From Eubacteriales bacterium (GTDB lineage: Bacteria; Bacillota; Clostridia; Oscillospirales; CAG-382), in assembly GCA_045636665.1 (NCBI GenBank), contig JAZTXY010000077.1, positions 1 to 59,483 on the forward strand: DNA of 59,483 bases, in the 5' to 3' direction. How positions within the stretch are numbered: the first letter of the stretch is position 1; every line of letters starts with the position of its first letter. A program made the translations under genes and the position numbers. The notes beneath the pieces are model-generated. The model did not search any database, had not been told where the DNA came from, and saw only the letters and a list, made by a program, of their open reading frames with translations. This document shows, piece by piece, positions 29,018 to 37,576 of the stretch.

Positions 29018-30207
29018 TACTTAGCTTCGGAAACGATTTGCATCGTATCGGATGCGATAACAAGCTCTTCGTTGGTGGGAATTACAAGCACCTTAACCTT
29101 GGAATCAGCCGCGGAGATATCCATACAACCGCGAGTGTTGTTCTTTTCGGGATCGATCTTGATTCCGTAGTAGTCCATATTTTCCATTGCGAGAGCGCGC
29201 AATCTTTCATCGTTTTCGCCAACGCCTGCGGTGAATACGACACAGTCAAGTCCGTTCATTGCCGCAGTGTAAGAGCCGATATATTTCTTGATTTGATATG
29301 CAAGGATGTTATATGCAAGCTCTGCGCGCTTGTTGCCGGAATCGATTGCGGCGGTAATTTCGCGAAGGTCGCTCGAAACGCCCGATACGCCCAAGAAACC
29401 GCAATTTTTGTTCATCCAGTTGCCCATTTCGTTAACGGGAATATTTTCCTTTTCCATAACGAAGGGAACAACAGCAGGGTCGATAGCACCGCAACGCGAG
29501 CCCATAATAACGCCTTCAAGAGGAGTGAAGCCCATCGAGGTGTCGATACATTTACCTGCGTCAACAGCGGTGATCGAGGAACCGTTGCCGAGGTGGCAGG
29601 TAACGATCTTTGCGTTGGGGTTTCCGAGATATTCAATCGCCTTGCCCGAAACGTAACGGTGCGAAGTACCGTGGAAGCCGTAACGGCGGATGTTGTGCTT
29701 TTGAGCAACCTCGTAGTTAATGGGATAGGTGTATGCTTCGGGGGGCATGGTTTGGTGGAATGCGGTGTCGATAACCAAAACCTGAGGAGTTTCGTGCATT
29801 ACCTCGATACAGCCGCGGATACCCAAAAGGTGGGGTACTGTGTGAAGCGGCGCGAGGTCGCGGCACTTTTCAAGGTCGGCGATAACGTTATCGTCAACAA
29901 GCACGCTCTTGATAAGCCAAGGGCCGCCGTGGACTATACGGTGACCGACTGCCGAGATAGCCGACATATCGGAAATACAGCCGTGTTCTTTATCGGTAAG
30001 AGATTCAACCAATGCCGCAACCGCTTGCGCGTGGGTGGGCATGGGAATATCCTTTTGAATTTTTTCCTTTCCGGTGGAGGTGTGGGTGAGCTTACCGTCA
30101 ATACCGATACGCTCGCAAAGACCTTTAGCGGCAACCTCTTGCTTGTCCATATCGAAAAGCTGATATTTAAGTGAAGAGCTGCCTGCATTTACAACGAGAA
30201 TATACAT
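29017..30207 (-). CDS. ackA: Acetate kinase
   Basis: VNAGSSSLKYQ, GHRIVHGG, DTAFHQ, YGFHGTSH, HLGNGSS and PTNEE. Confidence 0.97.
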   Translation of the reverse strand: MYILVVNAGSSSLKYQLFDMDKQEVAAKGLCERIGIDGKLTHTSTGKEKIQKDIPMPTHAQAVAALVESLTDKEHGCISDMSAISAVGHRIVHGGPWLIKSVLVDDNVIADLEKCRDLAPLHTVPHLLGIRGCIEVMHETPQVLVIDTAFHQTMPPEAYTYPINYEVAQKHNIRRYGFHGTSHRYVSGKAIEYLGNPNAKIVTCHLGNGSSITAVDAGKCIDTSMGFTPLEGVIMGSRCGAIDPAVVPFVMEKENIPVNEMGNWMNKNCGFLGVSGVSSDLREITAAIDSGNKRAELAYNILAYQIKKYIGSYTAAMNGLDCVVFTAGVGENDERLRALAMENMDYYGIKIDPEKNNTRGCMDISAADSKVKVLVIPTNEELVIASDTMQIVSEAK

Positions 30208-30288
30208 AATTACTCCTTAACTTGACATTTTATATTTTTTTCATTATACTACCTTTATAAATGAAATGCAAGGGGGTTTTGATGCGAA

Positions 30289-31452
30289 ATGAAGCAAAAC
30301 GGCACAGTTTCGGTAATATGCGAATATAATCCGTTCCACTTCGGGCACGAATATCAGCTTCAAGAGCTAAAAAACCGTTTCACGCATATCGTTTGCATTA
30401 TGAGCGGCGACATTGTACAGCGCGGAAGCGTTGCGGTTGCCGATAAATATTTACGCGCCGAGGCGGCTCTTAACAACGGCGCCGATTTGGTGCTTGAGCT
30501 TCCCATTCCCTACTGCTGCTCGTCCGCGCGCGATTTCGCTTCGTCGGGCGTTTACATTGCCGATGCGATAGGAAGTGATTTTCTTGCATTTTCGGCAGAG
30601 GACGAAAGCGAATTGCTTTTTAAAATCCACGAGCTTTCGAAGGACGAAAAATTTAACGCCGAGGTACAAGAATCGGTCAGACTTAATAAATCGCTTTCCT
30701 TTCCGCAAGCGGTCACAGCGGCAATCGAAAAGCATTTGGGATATAATGCCGCCGAAGCGGTAAAAAAACCGAACAACATTCTTTCGCTTGAATACTTAAA
30801 AGCGCTTGAAGAAACGCGCGTTACGCCGTTTACCGTAAAAAGAAGCCCCGATTTTGAATCGTCATCGATGATTCGCGCAAGGAAAGACGGTAATTTAATG
30901 CTTTCGCTCATTCCCGAAAGGAGCGCAACGGTTTTCGGACGCGAATTGGGAAACCGTTTTCCGAGAGATGAAAAGAAATTGGATGCGTTTTACGTTGCAA
31001 CGCTCAGAAGAATCGGCAGTTTGAGTCTTCCGACCGACGAGCTTTATTCTCTGCCCCAAGACCTAACGAAGAAAATTCTTCAAGCCGCGGTAAAGTATTC
31101 CGAAACCGAAAAAATCGTTTCCGCGGTTGCCGATAAATGTTACACCCACGCCCGCGTGCGCCGCGCGATAAACGCGCTTGTTTTCGGCATAACTGCAAAC
31201 AGGATTGCAAAAAAACCGCCCTATACGACCGTTCTTGCAACGAACGAAAAGGGCCGAGAGGTTTTGAGAAAAGCAAAGGCACTTAAAAAAATCGATATAG
31301 TAAACAAGCCCGTGCGAGCACTTGAGCTTGGCGAAGCTACAAAAGATGCCTTCCTTTTCGCAAAAGGAATCGAAGATATTGTTTCGCTTTCCGAACCGAT
31401 CCCCTCTCCTGCCGATGCGGGAAGAAATCCTTTTATAGGAGAATCGCTATGA
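30289..31452 (+). CDS. tmcAL: tRNA(Met) cytidine acetate ligase (HIGH nucleotidyltransferase)
   Basis: CEYNPFHFGH, MSGDIVQRG, GADLVLELP, PNNILSLEY and YTHARVRR. Confidence 0.88.
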   Translation: MKQNGTVSVICEYNPFHFGHEYQLQELKNRFTHIVCIMSGDIVQRGSVAVADKYLRAEAALNNGADLVLELPIPYCCSSARDFASSGVYIADAIGSDFLAFSAEDESELLFKIHELSKDEKFNAEVQESVRLNKSLSFPQAVTAAIEKHLGYNAAEAVKKPNNILSLEYLKALEETRVTPFTVKRSPDFESSSMIRARKDGNLMLSLIPERSATVFGRELGNRFPRDEKKLDAFYVATLRRIGSLSLPTDELYSLPQDLTKKILQAAVKYSETEKIVSAVADKCYTHARVRRAINALVFGITANRIAKKPPYTTVLATNEKGREVLRKAKALKKIDIVNKPVRALELGEATKDAFLFAKGIEDIVSLSEPIPSPADAGRNPFIGESL

Positions 31453-32387
31453 CAAGACATTTATTTGTGCTCAATCCTGCGGCAGGCACAAAGAACCGCA
31501 CGGAAAAGCTAAAAGAGGCGATAAAACGCTTAAAGCTTAAAGAACCCTATGACGTTTTTATTACCGACGGTGTTCGCGCCGCCGAAAACGGAGTTTACCG
31601 TTATCTTAACGAGCACAGCGACGATTTTGTTCGTATTTACGCTTGCGGCGGCGACGGTACGCTTTCGGAGGTAACAAACGGAGTTTACCGCTCGGGCAGT
31701 AAAAATTGCGCCGTTGCGGTCGTGCCTATCGGCTCGGGCAACGATTTTGTAAAAAGCCTCGGCATCCCTGCCGAAAGCTTTCTTGACCTGCAAGCCCTTG
31801 CCAAAGGCGACACCATCGACGTCGACCTGCTTTTGGCAAAGGATGCCGATAACGACGAGCGCGTAAGCCTTAACATCATCTCCGCAGGCTTTGATGCGGC
31901 GGTTGCACACGGACAGGAAAAAATCAAAAAATGGCCGTTGGTAAGCGGAAAAACGGCTTACAATATCTCGCTTGTAAAAAGCGTTTTCACAAAAACCAAG
32001 CACTATTTTGTGTTGAACGTCGACGGCCAACGTTTTGGCGACAGCGCAGGCCCTTATCTTTTCGCCATTGCAGCTAACGGAAAATATTACGGCGGCGGAT
32101 TCAAGGCATCGCCATATTCCGACATCTCCGACGGATTTATGGAATTTATCCGTATCGACACCGTATCGCCCGTTAAGCTTTTATCGTTGGTGGGCAAATT
32201 CCGCGAGGGCAGACATATCGATGAATTTAAGGATATAGTTGCCACAAAGCGATGCAAATCGATGCAATTTGTTTCCAACAAGCCGATAGACATTAACCTT
32301 GACGGCGAAATTGTTCCAATGAAGAATCCGATTATCCGAATCCTCGAAAAAGCAATAAAGATTATTCTTCCGAAAAACGAAGATTAA
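31449..32387 (+). CDS. Diacylglycerol/lipid kinase family protein (YegS/DgkB-like)
   Basis: NPAAG, GGDGT, PIGSGNDF, NGKYYGGG and NLDGE. Confidence 0.9.
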   Translation: MTRHLFVLNPAAGTKNRTEKLKEAIKRLKLKEPYDVFITDGVRAAENGVYRYLNEHSDDFVRIYACGGDGTLSEVTNGVYRSGSKNCAVAVVPIGSGNDFVKSLGIPAESFLDLQALAKGDTIDVDLLLAKDADNDERVSLNIISAGFDAAVAHGQEKIKKWPLVSGKTAYNISLVKSVFTKTKHYFVLNVDGQRFGDSAGPYLFAIAANGKYYGGGFKASPYSDISDGFMEFIRIDTVSPVKLLSLVGKFREGRHIDEFKDIVATKRCKSMQFVSNKPIDINLDGEIVPMKNPIIRILEKAIKIILPKNED

Positions 32388-32399
32388 ATTGTAAAATTT

Positions 32400-32435
32400 T
32401 TAACGCGGATTTTTGTACTCCGCGTTAATTTTTTT
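32400..32435 (+). terminator. Intrinsic terminator
   Basis: TTAACGCGGA/TCCGCGTTAA followed by a T-tract. Confidence 0.7.
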
Positions 32436-32507
32436 GTTACCTATTGAATGTTTCAAAACTATATGTTAATATTAAAATAGCTCAGAACGAAAGGAGCGAT
32501 AATATAA

Positions 32508-33242
32508 ATGCTTGAAATAAAAAATCTTTGCTTTTCCGCAACCGACGGCGCGGAAAAGATCGATATACTGAAAAACATTGACCTTTCTGTAAAAGACGGC
32601 ACTTTTTTGGTGCTTACAGGTCCTAACGGCGGCGGTAAAACCACGCTGGCAAAGGCAATTTCCGGTATAGTTCAGCCCACGGGCGGTCAAATTTTGTGGA
32701 ACGGTATCGATATAACCGATATGTCGATAACCGAAAGAGCGCACAACGGCATAAGCTACGGCTTCCAACAACCCCCGCGCTTTACGGGTATGACTGTAAA
32801 GGCGCTTTTGCAAATCGCGGCAGGAGGAAGAAAGCTTTCGCGCTTGGATTGCTGTAACTATCTTAACAAGGTCGGACTTTGCGCCGCAGACTACGTTGAC
32901 CGCGAGGTCGACACATCCCTTTCGGGCGGCGAGGTTAAAAGAATCGAAATCGCAACGATACTCGCGCGCGGAAGCGGCTTGATGATATTTGACGAGCCCG
33001 AAGCAGGCATTGACCTTTGGTCGTTCGCAAAGCTTACCGAAACCTTCCGTGAGCTTCACAAGGAAAGCGACGCTACGATTATAATTATTTCCCACCAAGA
33101 GCGCATTATTTCGCTTGCTGACGAAATTTGTGTGCTTTCGGGCGGACAGATCGCACAACACGGTCTTCGCGATGATATCTTCCCCAAGCTTATGGCAGGC
33201 GATATCAACTACGGCTGTGAATATATGAGAAAGGGCAACTGA
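32508..33242 (+). CDS. SufC-like ABC ATPase (Fe-S assembly)
   Basis: GPNGGGKT, FQQP, LSGGEVKRIE and DEPEAGID; coupled to a SufB-like gene. Confidence 0.85.
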   Translation: MLEIKNLCFSATDGAEKIDILKNIDLSVKDGTFLVLTGPNGGGKTTLAKAISGIVQPTGGQILWNGIDITDMSITERAHNGISYGFQQPPRFTGMTVKALLQIAAGGRKLSRLDCCNYLNKVGLCAADYVDREVDTSLSGGEVKRIEIATILARGSGLMIFDEPEAGIDLWSFAKLTETFRELHKESDATIIIISHQERIISLADEICVLSGGQIAQHGLRDDIFPKLMAGDINYGCEYMRKGN

Positions 33243-33243
33243 T

Positions 33244-34164
33244 ATGGACAAGCTTGATTTCACTCTTCTTAAAGAAATTGCCCTTATGGATTCTATCCCC
33301 ACAGGGGCATACAATATCCGCAAAAACGGCGGCTCGGCAGGAAGATTTTCCACCGAAAACATTCGCATTGACAATAAAACCGACAAGCCCGGTATCGATA
33401 TAAACATCAAAAGCGGTACAAAGGGCGAAACTGTTCACATCCCCGTTATTATCACCGATACGGGATATTCCGAAACAGTTTATAACGATTTCTTTATCGG
33501 CGACGATTGCGACGTCACCATTATGGCAGGCTGCGGTATTCACAACTGCGGCGACGGCGAATCGCGTCACGACGGTGTTCACACCTTCTATATCGGCAAT
33601 AATTCGGTAGTACGTTATGCAGAACGTCATTACGGCGACGGCGACGGCAACGGCGAGCGCGTTATGAACCCCGAAACCGTGGTTTACGCGGGTGAGGGCT
33701 CGACCATCCAAATGGATACGACACAGATACGCGGAATCGATTCGACCTACCGCAAAACGACTGTCGTTCTTGCGAAGGATGCAAACGCGATAATTAACGA
33801 AAAATTGCTTACACACGGCAAGCAATATGCCGAATCGGATATGGAGCTTGTGCTTAACGGCGAAAACGCAAACGGCAGAATCATCTCGCGCTCGGTCGGT
33901 CAGGATGAATCGAAGCAGGTATTCCGTCCCTGCGTGACCGGCAAGGCGAAATGCTTCGGTCACATCCGTTGCGATTCGATCCTTATGGGCAAGGCGACGA
34001 TAAGCTCGGTTCCCGCTGTTGCGGCTGAGCATCCCGAAGCAAACCTTATCCACGAAGCCGCTATCGGCAGAATCGCGGGCGACCAATTGATCAAGCTTAT
34101 GACGCTCGGTCTTACCGAGGAAGAAGCCGAAGAAAAGATTCTCGAAGGCTTCCTCGGCGAATAA
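33244..34164 (+). CDS. SufB/SufD-family Fe-S scaffold protein (short form)
   Basis: Beta-helix pattern; AGCGIH, GHIRCDSI, HEAAIGRI and LMTLGLTEEEA. Confidence 0.85.
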   Translation: MDKLDFTLLKEIALMDSIPTGAYNIRKNGGSAGRFSTENIRIDNKTDKPGIDINIKSGTKGETVHIPVIITDTGYSETVYNDFFIGDDCDVTIMAGCGIHNCGDGESRHDGVHTFYIGNNSVVRYAERHYGDGDGNGERVMNPETVVYAGEGSTIQMDTTQIRGIDSTYRKTTVVLAKDANAIINEKLLTHGKQYAESDMELVLNGENANGRIISRSVGQDESKQVFRPCVTGKAKCFGHIRCDSILMGKATISSVPAVAAEHPEANLIHEAAIGRIAGDQLIKLMTLGLTEEEAEEKILEGFLGE

Positions 34165-34183
34165 AGAATAAAAAACAAATTCA

Positions 34184-34222
34184 GCCGAGAGTGCCTTTTA
34201 GGTACTCTCGGCATCTGCTTTT
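34184..34222 (+). terminator. Probable intrinsic terminator
   Basis: GCCGAGAGTGCC-TTTTA-GGTACTCTCGGC. Confidence 0.6.
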
Positions 34223-34309
34223 AAAAAATATTTTCCAAATCCACCTAACATTTCTTTCCTTTTTGGCACTATACAAGTGAAAGCATTGATCAATCGCTTG
34301 GAGAAAACA

Positions 34310-35932
34310 ATGAAAAAACAGGAATTGCTGAAATTTATTGACAAAGACCTGCTTGACAATCTGTTCGGATTTTGCTATGCAAGAACGAATGACAGCTACG
34401 AGGCAGAGGAGCTTTGCTCGGACATCGTGTACGAGCTTGTCAAGTCCGCAAGCAAAAGCGGCGAAATCGATTCGGTATATCCGTTTATTTGGAAAATCGC
34501 GCGTAACGTCTATGCCGCCTTTTCCGAAAAACGCAAAAAGCATACCGAAACGTTTTACGAGGGCGACCCCGAAAGCCTGCTCCTTACCGTTACCGAGGAA
34601 GAACACGATGATAGCACCGATGAGCTTTTGAACTCGGTCTATCACCGTATCGCCTTTTTGACGAAAGCATACCGCGAGGTTATGATAATGTTCTATATCG
34701 ACGGTCTTTCCACGGCAGAAATAGCAAAAAAGCAAGGAACAAGCGAAGGAGCAATACGTCAAAGACTTTTTTCGGCAAGACAAAAAATCAGAAACGAGGT
34801 TGAAGAAATGTCAGAAACTTGTAATAAGCCCGTTGCGCTTGAAGATATTAATTTCATTATTTGGGGAACAGGCAATCCTTCTTGGGGCGACCCGCGAGAC
34901 GGATTTTGCCGTAAATTTTCCACACACATCGTTTGGCTTTGCCGTAAAAAAGCGATGAGCGCATCCGAAATCGCAGAGGAATTGAACGTTCCTACCGTTT
35001 ATGTTGAAGAAGAGCTTGAAATATTATGCCGCGGAGAAAACGGTGAATACGGTCTTCTTCGCCGCTTGGACAACGGAAAATATATCATTAATTTCATATT
35101 GCTTGAGAAGGACGTACTCGAAAAGGCAACTGCTATCTACGCCGAACAATTACCGATGATCTGCGACAGTATCGCAAAGTTTTTCGAAGAACACAAGGAC
35201 GAATATCTTTCCTTCCCCTATCTTAACAAGAACGTAGATACAAACCTTATTTACTGGCAACAGATACACAGCATTTCGCACGCATTTTCCCGTTCCGTTC
35301 ACAAAGTCTTAACCACAGATCACTTTACGGGCGTTGCCAAGGTTCGACCCTTCAGCGTGTTCGGTTACGTCAACAACGGCAAGCTTTACGGCGGCGGTTG
35401 GGACGGCATCGGTGCCGACAACGTTTGCGGATATTCAAAGGTGCATTTTGATAATATTTATATTGCACGAATTAAAAAGCATTTTAGTTGCGGACACGAT
35501 ATTTCAAACGACCCGTTGCTTCAGCTTGCCATCCGCTCTATCGACGGACTTGATATAAATACCCTTACCGAAAACGAAAAGGAGCATTCGGCAAAGGCAA
35601 TCGAATGCGGGTATCTCTACCGCGACGGCGATATGCTTTACACCAAAATACTTGCGTGTAAGCTCGATGACCGCGGTGATCTGTTCAAAGTCAGCCACGG
35701 TCTTGACAAGGGATATTTTGATGCTCACGCTAAAACAGTTGCCGATAAGCTTGCTCTTCTTTTCAAAAAATCTATTCCCGAGCACCTTCTCGACGAATGG
35801 GAGCACGCAAACAGTCTTGCGAATATGCCGATCCTCGACGCAGTGGTTGAGCACCTTATCGAAAAAGGCGTCCTTACTCCTCCCGAAAACGGTATCGGCG
35901 CAGAAGGCTGCTGGATGTCTGTAGAAAAATAA
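34310..35932 (+). CDS. ECF-type sigma-70 factor with long C-terminal extension
   Basis: Region 2 (EAEELCSDI, FIWKIARN) and region 4 (LSTAEIAKKQGTSEGAIRQRLFSARQKI) in the first ~165 aa, followed by ~375 aa that include a second HTH. Confidence 0.85.
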   Translation: MKKQELLKFIDKDLLDNLFGFCYARTNDSYEAEELCSDIVYELVKSASKSGEIDSVYPFIWKIARNVYAAFSEKRKKHTETFYEGDPESLLLTVTEEEHDDSTDELLNSVYHRIAFLTKAYREVMIMFYIDGLSTAEIAKKQGTSEGAIRQRLFSARQKIRNEVEEMSETCNKPVALEDINFIIWGTGNPSWGDPRDGFCRKFSTHIVWLCRKKAMSASEIAEELNVPTVYVEEELEILCRGENGEYGLLRRLDNGKYIINFILLEKDVLEKATAIYAEQLPMICDSIAKFFEEHKDEYLSFPYLNKNVDTNLIYWQQIHSISHAFSRSVHKVLTTDHFTGVAKVRPFSVFGYVNNGKLYGGGWDGIGADNVCGYSKVHFDNIYIARIKKHFSCGHDISNDPLLQLAIRSIDGLDINTLTENEKEHSAKAIECGYLYRDGDMLYTKILACKLDDRGDLFKVSHGLDKGYFDAHAKTVADKLALLFKKSIPEHLLDEWEHANSLANMPILDAVVEHLIEKGVLTPPENGIGAEGCWMSVEK

Positions 35933-35937
35933 AAAAC

Positions 35938-35970
35938 AAAGGGAACGTAAAAAACGTTCCCTTTTCTTTT
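35938..35970. terminator. Bidirectional intrinsic terminator
   Basis: AAAGGGAACGT-AAAAA-ACGTTCCCTTT. Confidence 0.8.
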
Positions 35971-36271
35971 ACTTTCTCGGTAATACGATTTTGCGGTTTT
36001 CGACCTTGCTCGATTGACGGTAGATGACAACCTTTCTGCCGATAACCTGAACCGCTTCGCAATTAAGCGCCTGGCAAAGCGAAACCATTGCTTCCTTGGG
36101 TGTTTCGGGGCAGGTTTCGAGGATTGTAAGCTTTATAAGCTCGTGCGCCTCAAGCGCCTTTTCGACCGTTTCGATAAGCGTTTCGCCGATACCGAATTTA
36201 CCGATCTGAGTTGTCGGCTCTATTGTGTTTGCAAGCGAGCGAAGATATGCTCTTTGTTTTGTCGTAATCAT
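35969..36271 (-). CDS. yhbY: YhbY/CRM-domain RNA-binding protein
   Basis: KQRAYLRSLA, QIGKFG, HELIK and VQVIGRKVVIYR. Confidence 0.93.
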   Translation of the reverse strand: MITTKQRAYLRSLANTIEPTTQIGKFGIGETLIETVEKALEAHELIKLTILETCPETPKEAMVSLCQALNCEAVQVIGRKVVIYRQSSKVENRKIVLPRK

Positions 36272-36378
36272 TTTTCCCTCTTAATATGTTTTTTGCTATT
36301 TATGCGAAAGTGTCTTTTGAAAAAGCCACTCTCGCGCTCTCTTCAAAACTTTTTAATATAAATACAATAAATTTTCCA

Positions 36379-36531
36379 ATAAAAATCCGCGACAGGTGCA
36401 TGGATTTTTATACCTTGGGTGTCCGCAACCTTGGACAAGACGCTTTAGCGTCGCGCACAAGGTTGATGCGAATGTACGGACATCACAAAACCCATTGAAA
36501 TCCTCGGATTTCAATGGAGAGCGTTAGCGAC
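36379..36531. repeat. Structured intergenic element, copy 1 (REP/MITE-like or ncRNA)
   Basis: Shares invariant GATTTTTATACCTTG, GACAA, GCGCA, GATGCGAATG, ACAAAACCC and GAGAGCG..AGCGA with copy 2, with covarying stems. Confidence 0.85.
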
Positions 36532-36999
36532 TCATTTTTGGGGATTATCCGTGCTTCCGAATCCCCCGTGGCGTTCTTCACAGCACTCGTCATCCTCGGT
36601 GATGCCGTAAGGGAGAAAGATGCCTTGGGCAAAAGCATCGCCTGCACGCACGTTAAAGCATTTGCTTCCGCCGATAAGCTTTATTTTAATATGTCCTTCG
36701 TTGTCGGCATTGAAATAATCGGAATCGATAACGCCTGCGGTGTTCGCAAGACGCACGCCGTATTTAAAGCCCGAGCCGGAACGCGGCAAAATAACCAACA
36801 CCCAGCCCTCTGCTATTTTCGCGCGGATGCCTGTATCGATAATAATTTCTTCGCCCGAATCGAGTGTAAAATCATAGGGCGCGATAAAATCATATCCTGC
36901 CGACCCCGACGTTGCGCGACGCGGAAGGATTATATTTTCATATCCGTCGCGTCCGAACTGTTCCTTTGATACCTTATAAAACTTTGCAATACGGTTCAT
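36532..36999 (-). CDS. dut: Trimeric dUTP diphosphatase
   Basis: Motifs SAGYDF, PRSGSG, GVIDSDY, AQGIF and RHGGFGST. Confidence 0.95.
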   Translation of the reverse strand: MNRIAKFYKVSKEQFGRDGYENIILPRRATSGSAGYDFIAPYDFTLDSGEEIIIDTGIRAKIAEGWVLVILPRSGSGFKYGVRLANTAGVIDSDYFNADNEGHIKIKLIGGSKCFNVRAGDAFAQGIFLPYGITEDDECCEERHGGFGSTDNPQK

Positions 37000-37011
37000 A
37001 TTTTCTCCTTA

Positions 37012-37296
37012 TTACAACAGAAACTTCAATTCGAATTTTTCCCATACCTCGCAAAACGCTTTCTCATTGATATTAGCATTACAAATCAACTCATAAACGC
37101 TTTCGAAGCTTTGTTCACTATCCGATTTTTCATTTTGCCAAACCGAAACGTATTTTGCAGAGCCGCTTTTTGATATAAAATATGCCTTACCGTCAAAAAC
37201 GAACTCCAATTCTCTGCCGCCGTCGATTAAAAACATAAGCGCCGCTAAGGATTTTTTCTTAAACAACTCGTCGACTATAAGCTTATCAACTGCCAT
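37012..37296 (-). CDS. Small hypothetical protein (possible orphan immunity-type protein)
   Basis: GGAGG RBS, 94 aa, relatively AT-rich; GRELEFVFDGKAYFIS...FCEVWEKFEL. Confidence 0.7.
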   Translation of the reverse strand: MAVDKLIVDELFKKKSLAALMFLIDGGRELEFVFDGKAYFISKSGSAKYVSVWQNEKSDSEQSFESVYELICNANINEKAFCEVWEKFELKFLL

Positions 37297-37391
37297 AAAG
37301 CACCTCCGCGCGTTTGCTGAATAAAATCTTTGATTTTTTCACCTACACGCCGTTAACCTCAAAATGTACAGCATTTTTACAATAAACTCAT

Positions 37392-37576
37392 TATAAAAAT
37401 CGGGGACATGTGCCTCGATTTTTATACCTTGGAGTGCCGCGTGTTTGGACAAGCGAAGCGCGCACAAACACGATGCGAATGCACGGCACTCACAAAACCC
37501 CGCCGCGCGGGTATGGGGTCCCCGAAAATCGAATGATTTTTGGGGAGAGCGGAGCGATGTCGAAAGCGTCAGCGCC
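37392..37576. repeat. Structured intergenic element, copy 2 (REP/MITE-like or ncRNA)
   Basis: Same scaffold as 36379-36531; includes a GCGAAGC minihairpin and a CCCCGAAAATC/GATTTTTGGGG hairpin. Confidence 0.85.
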
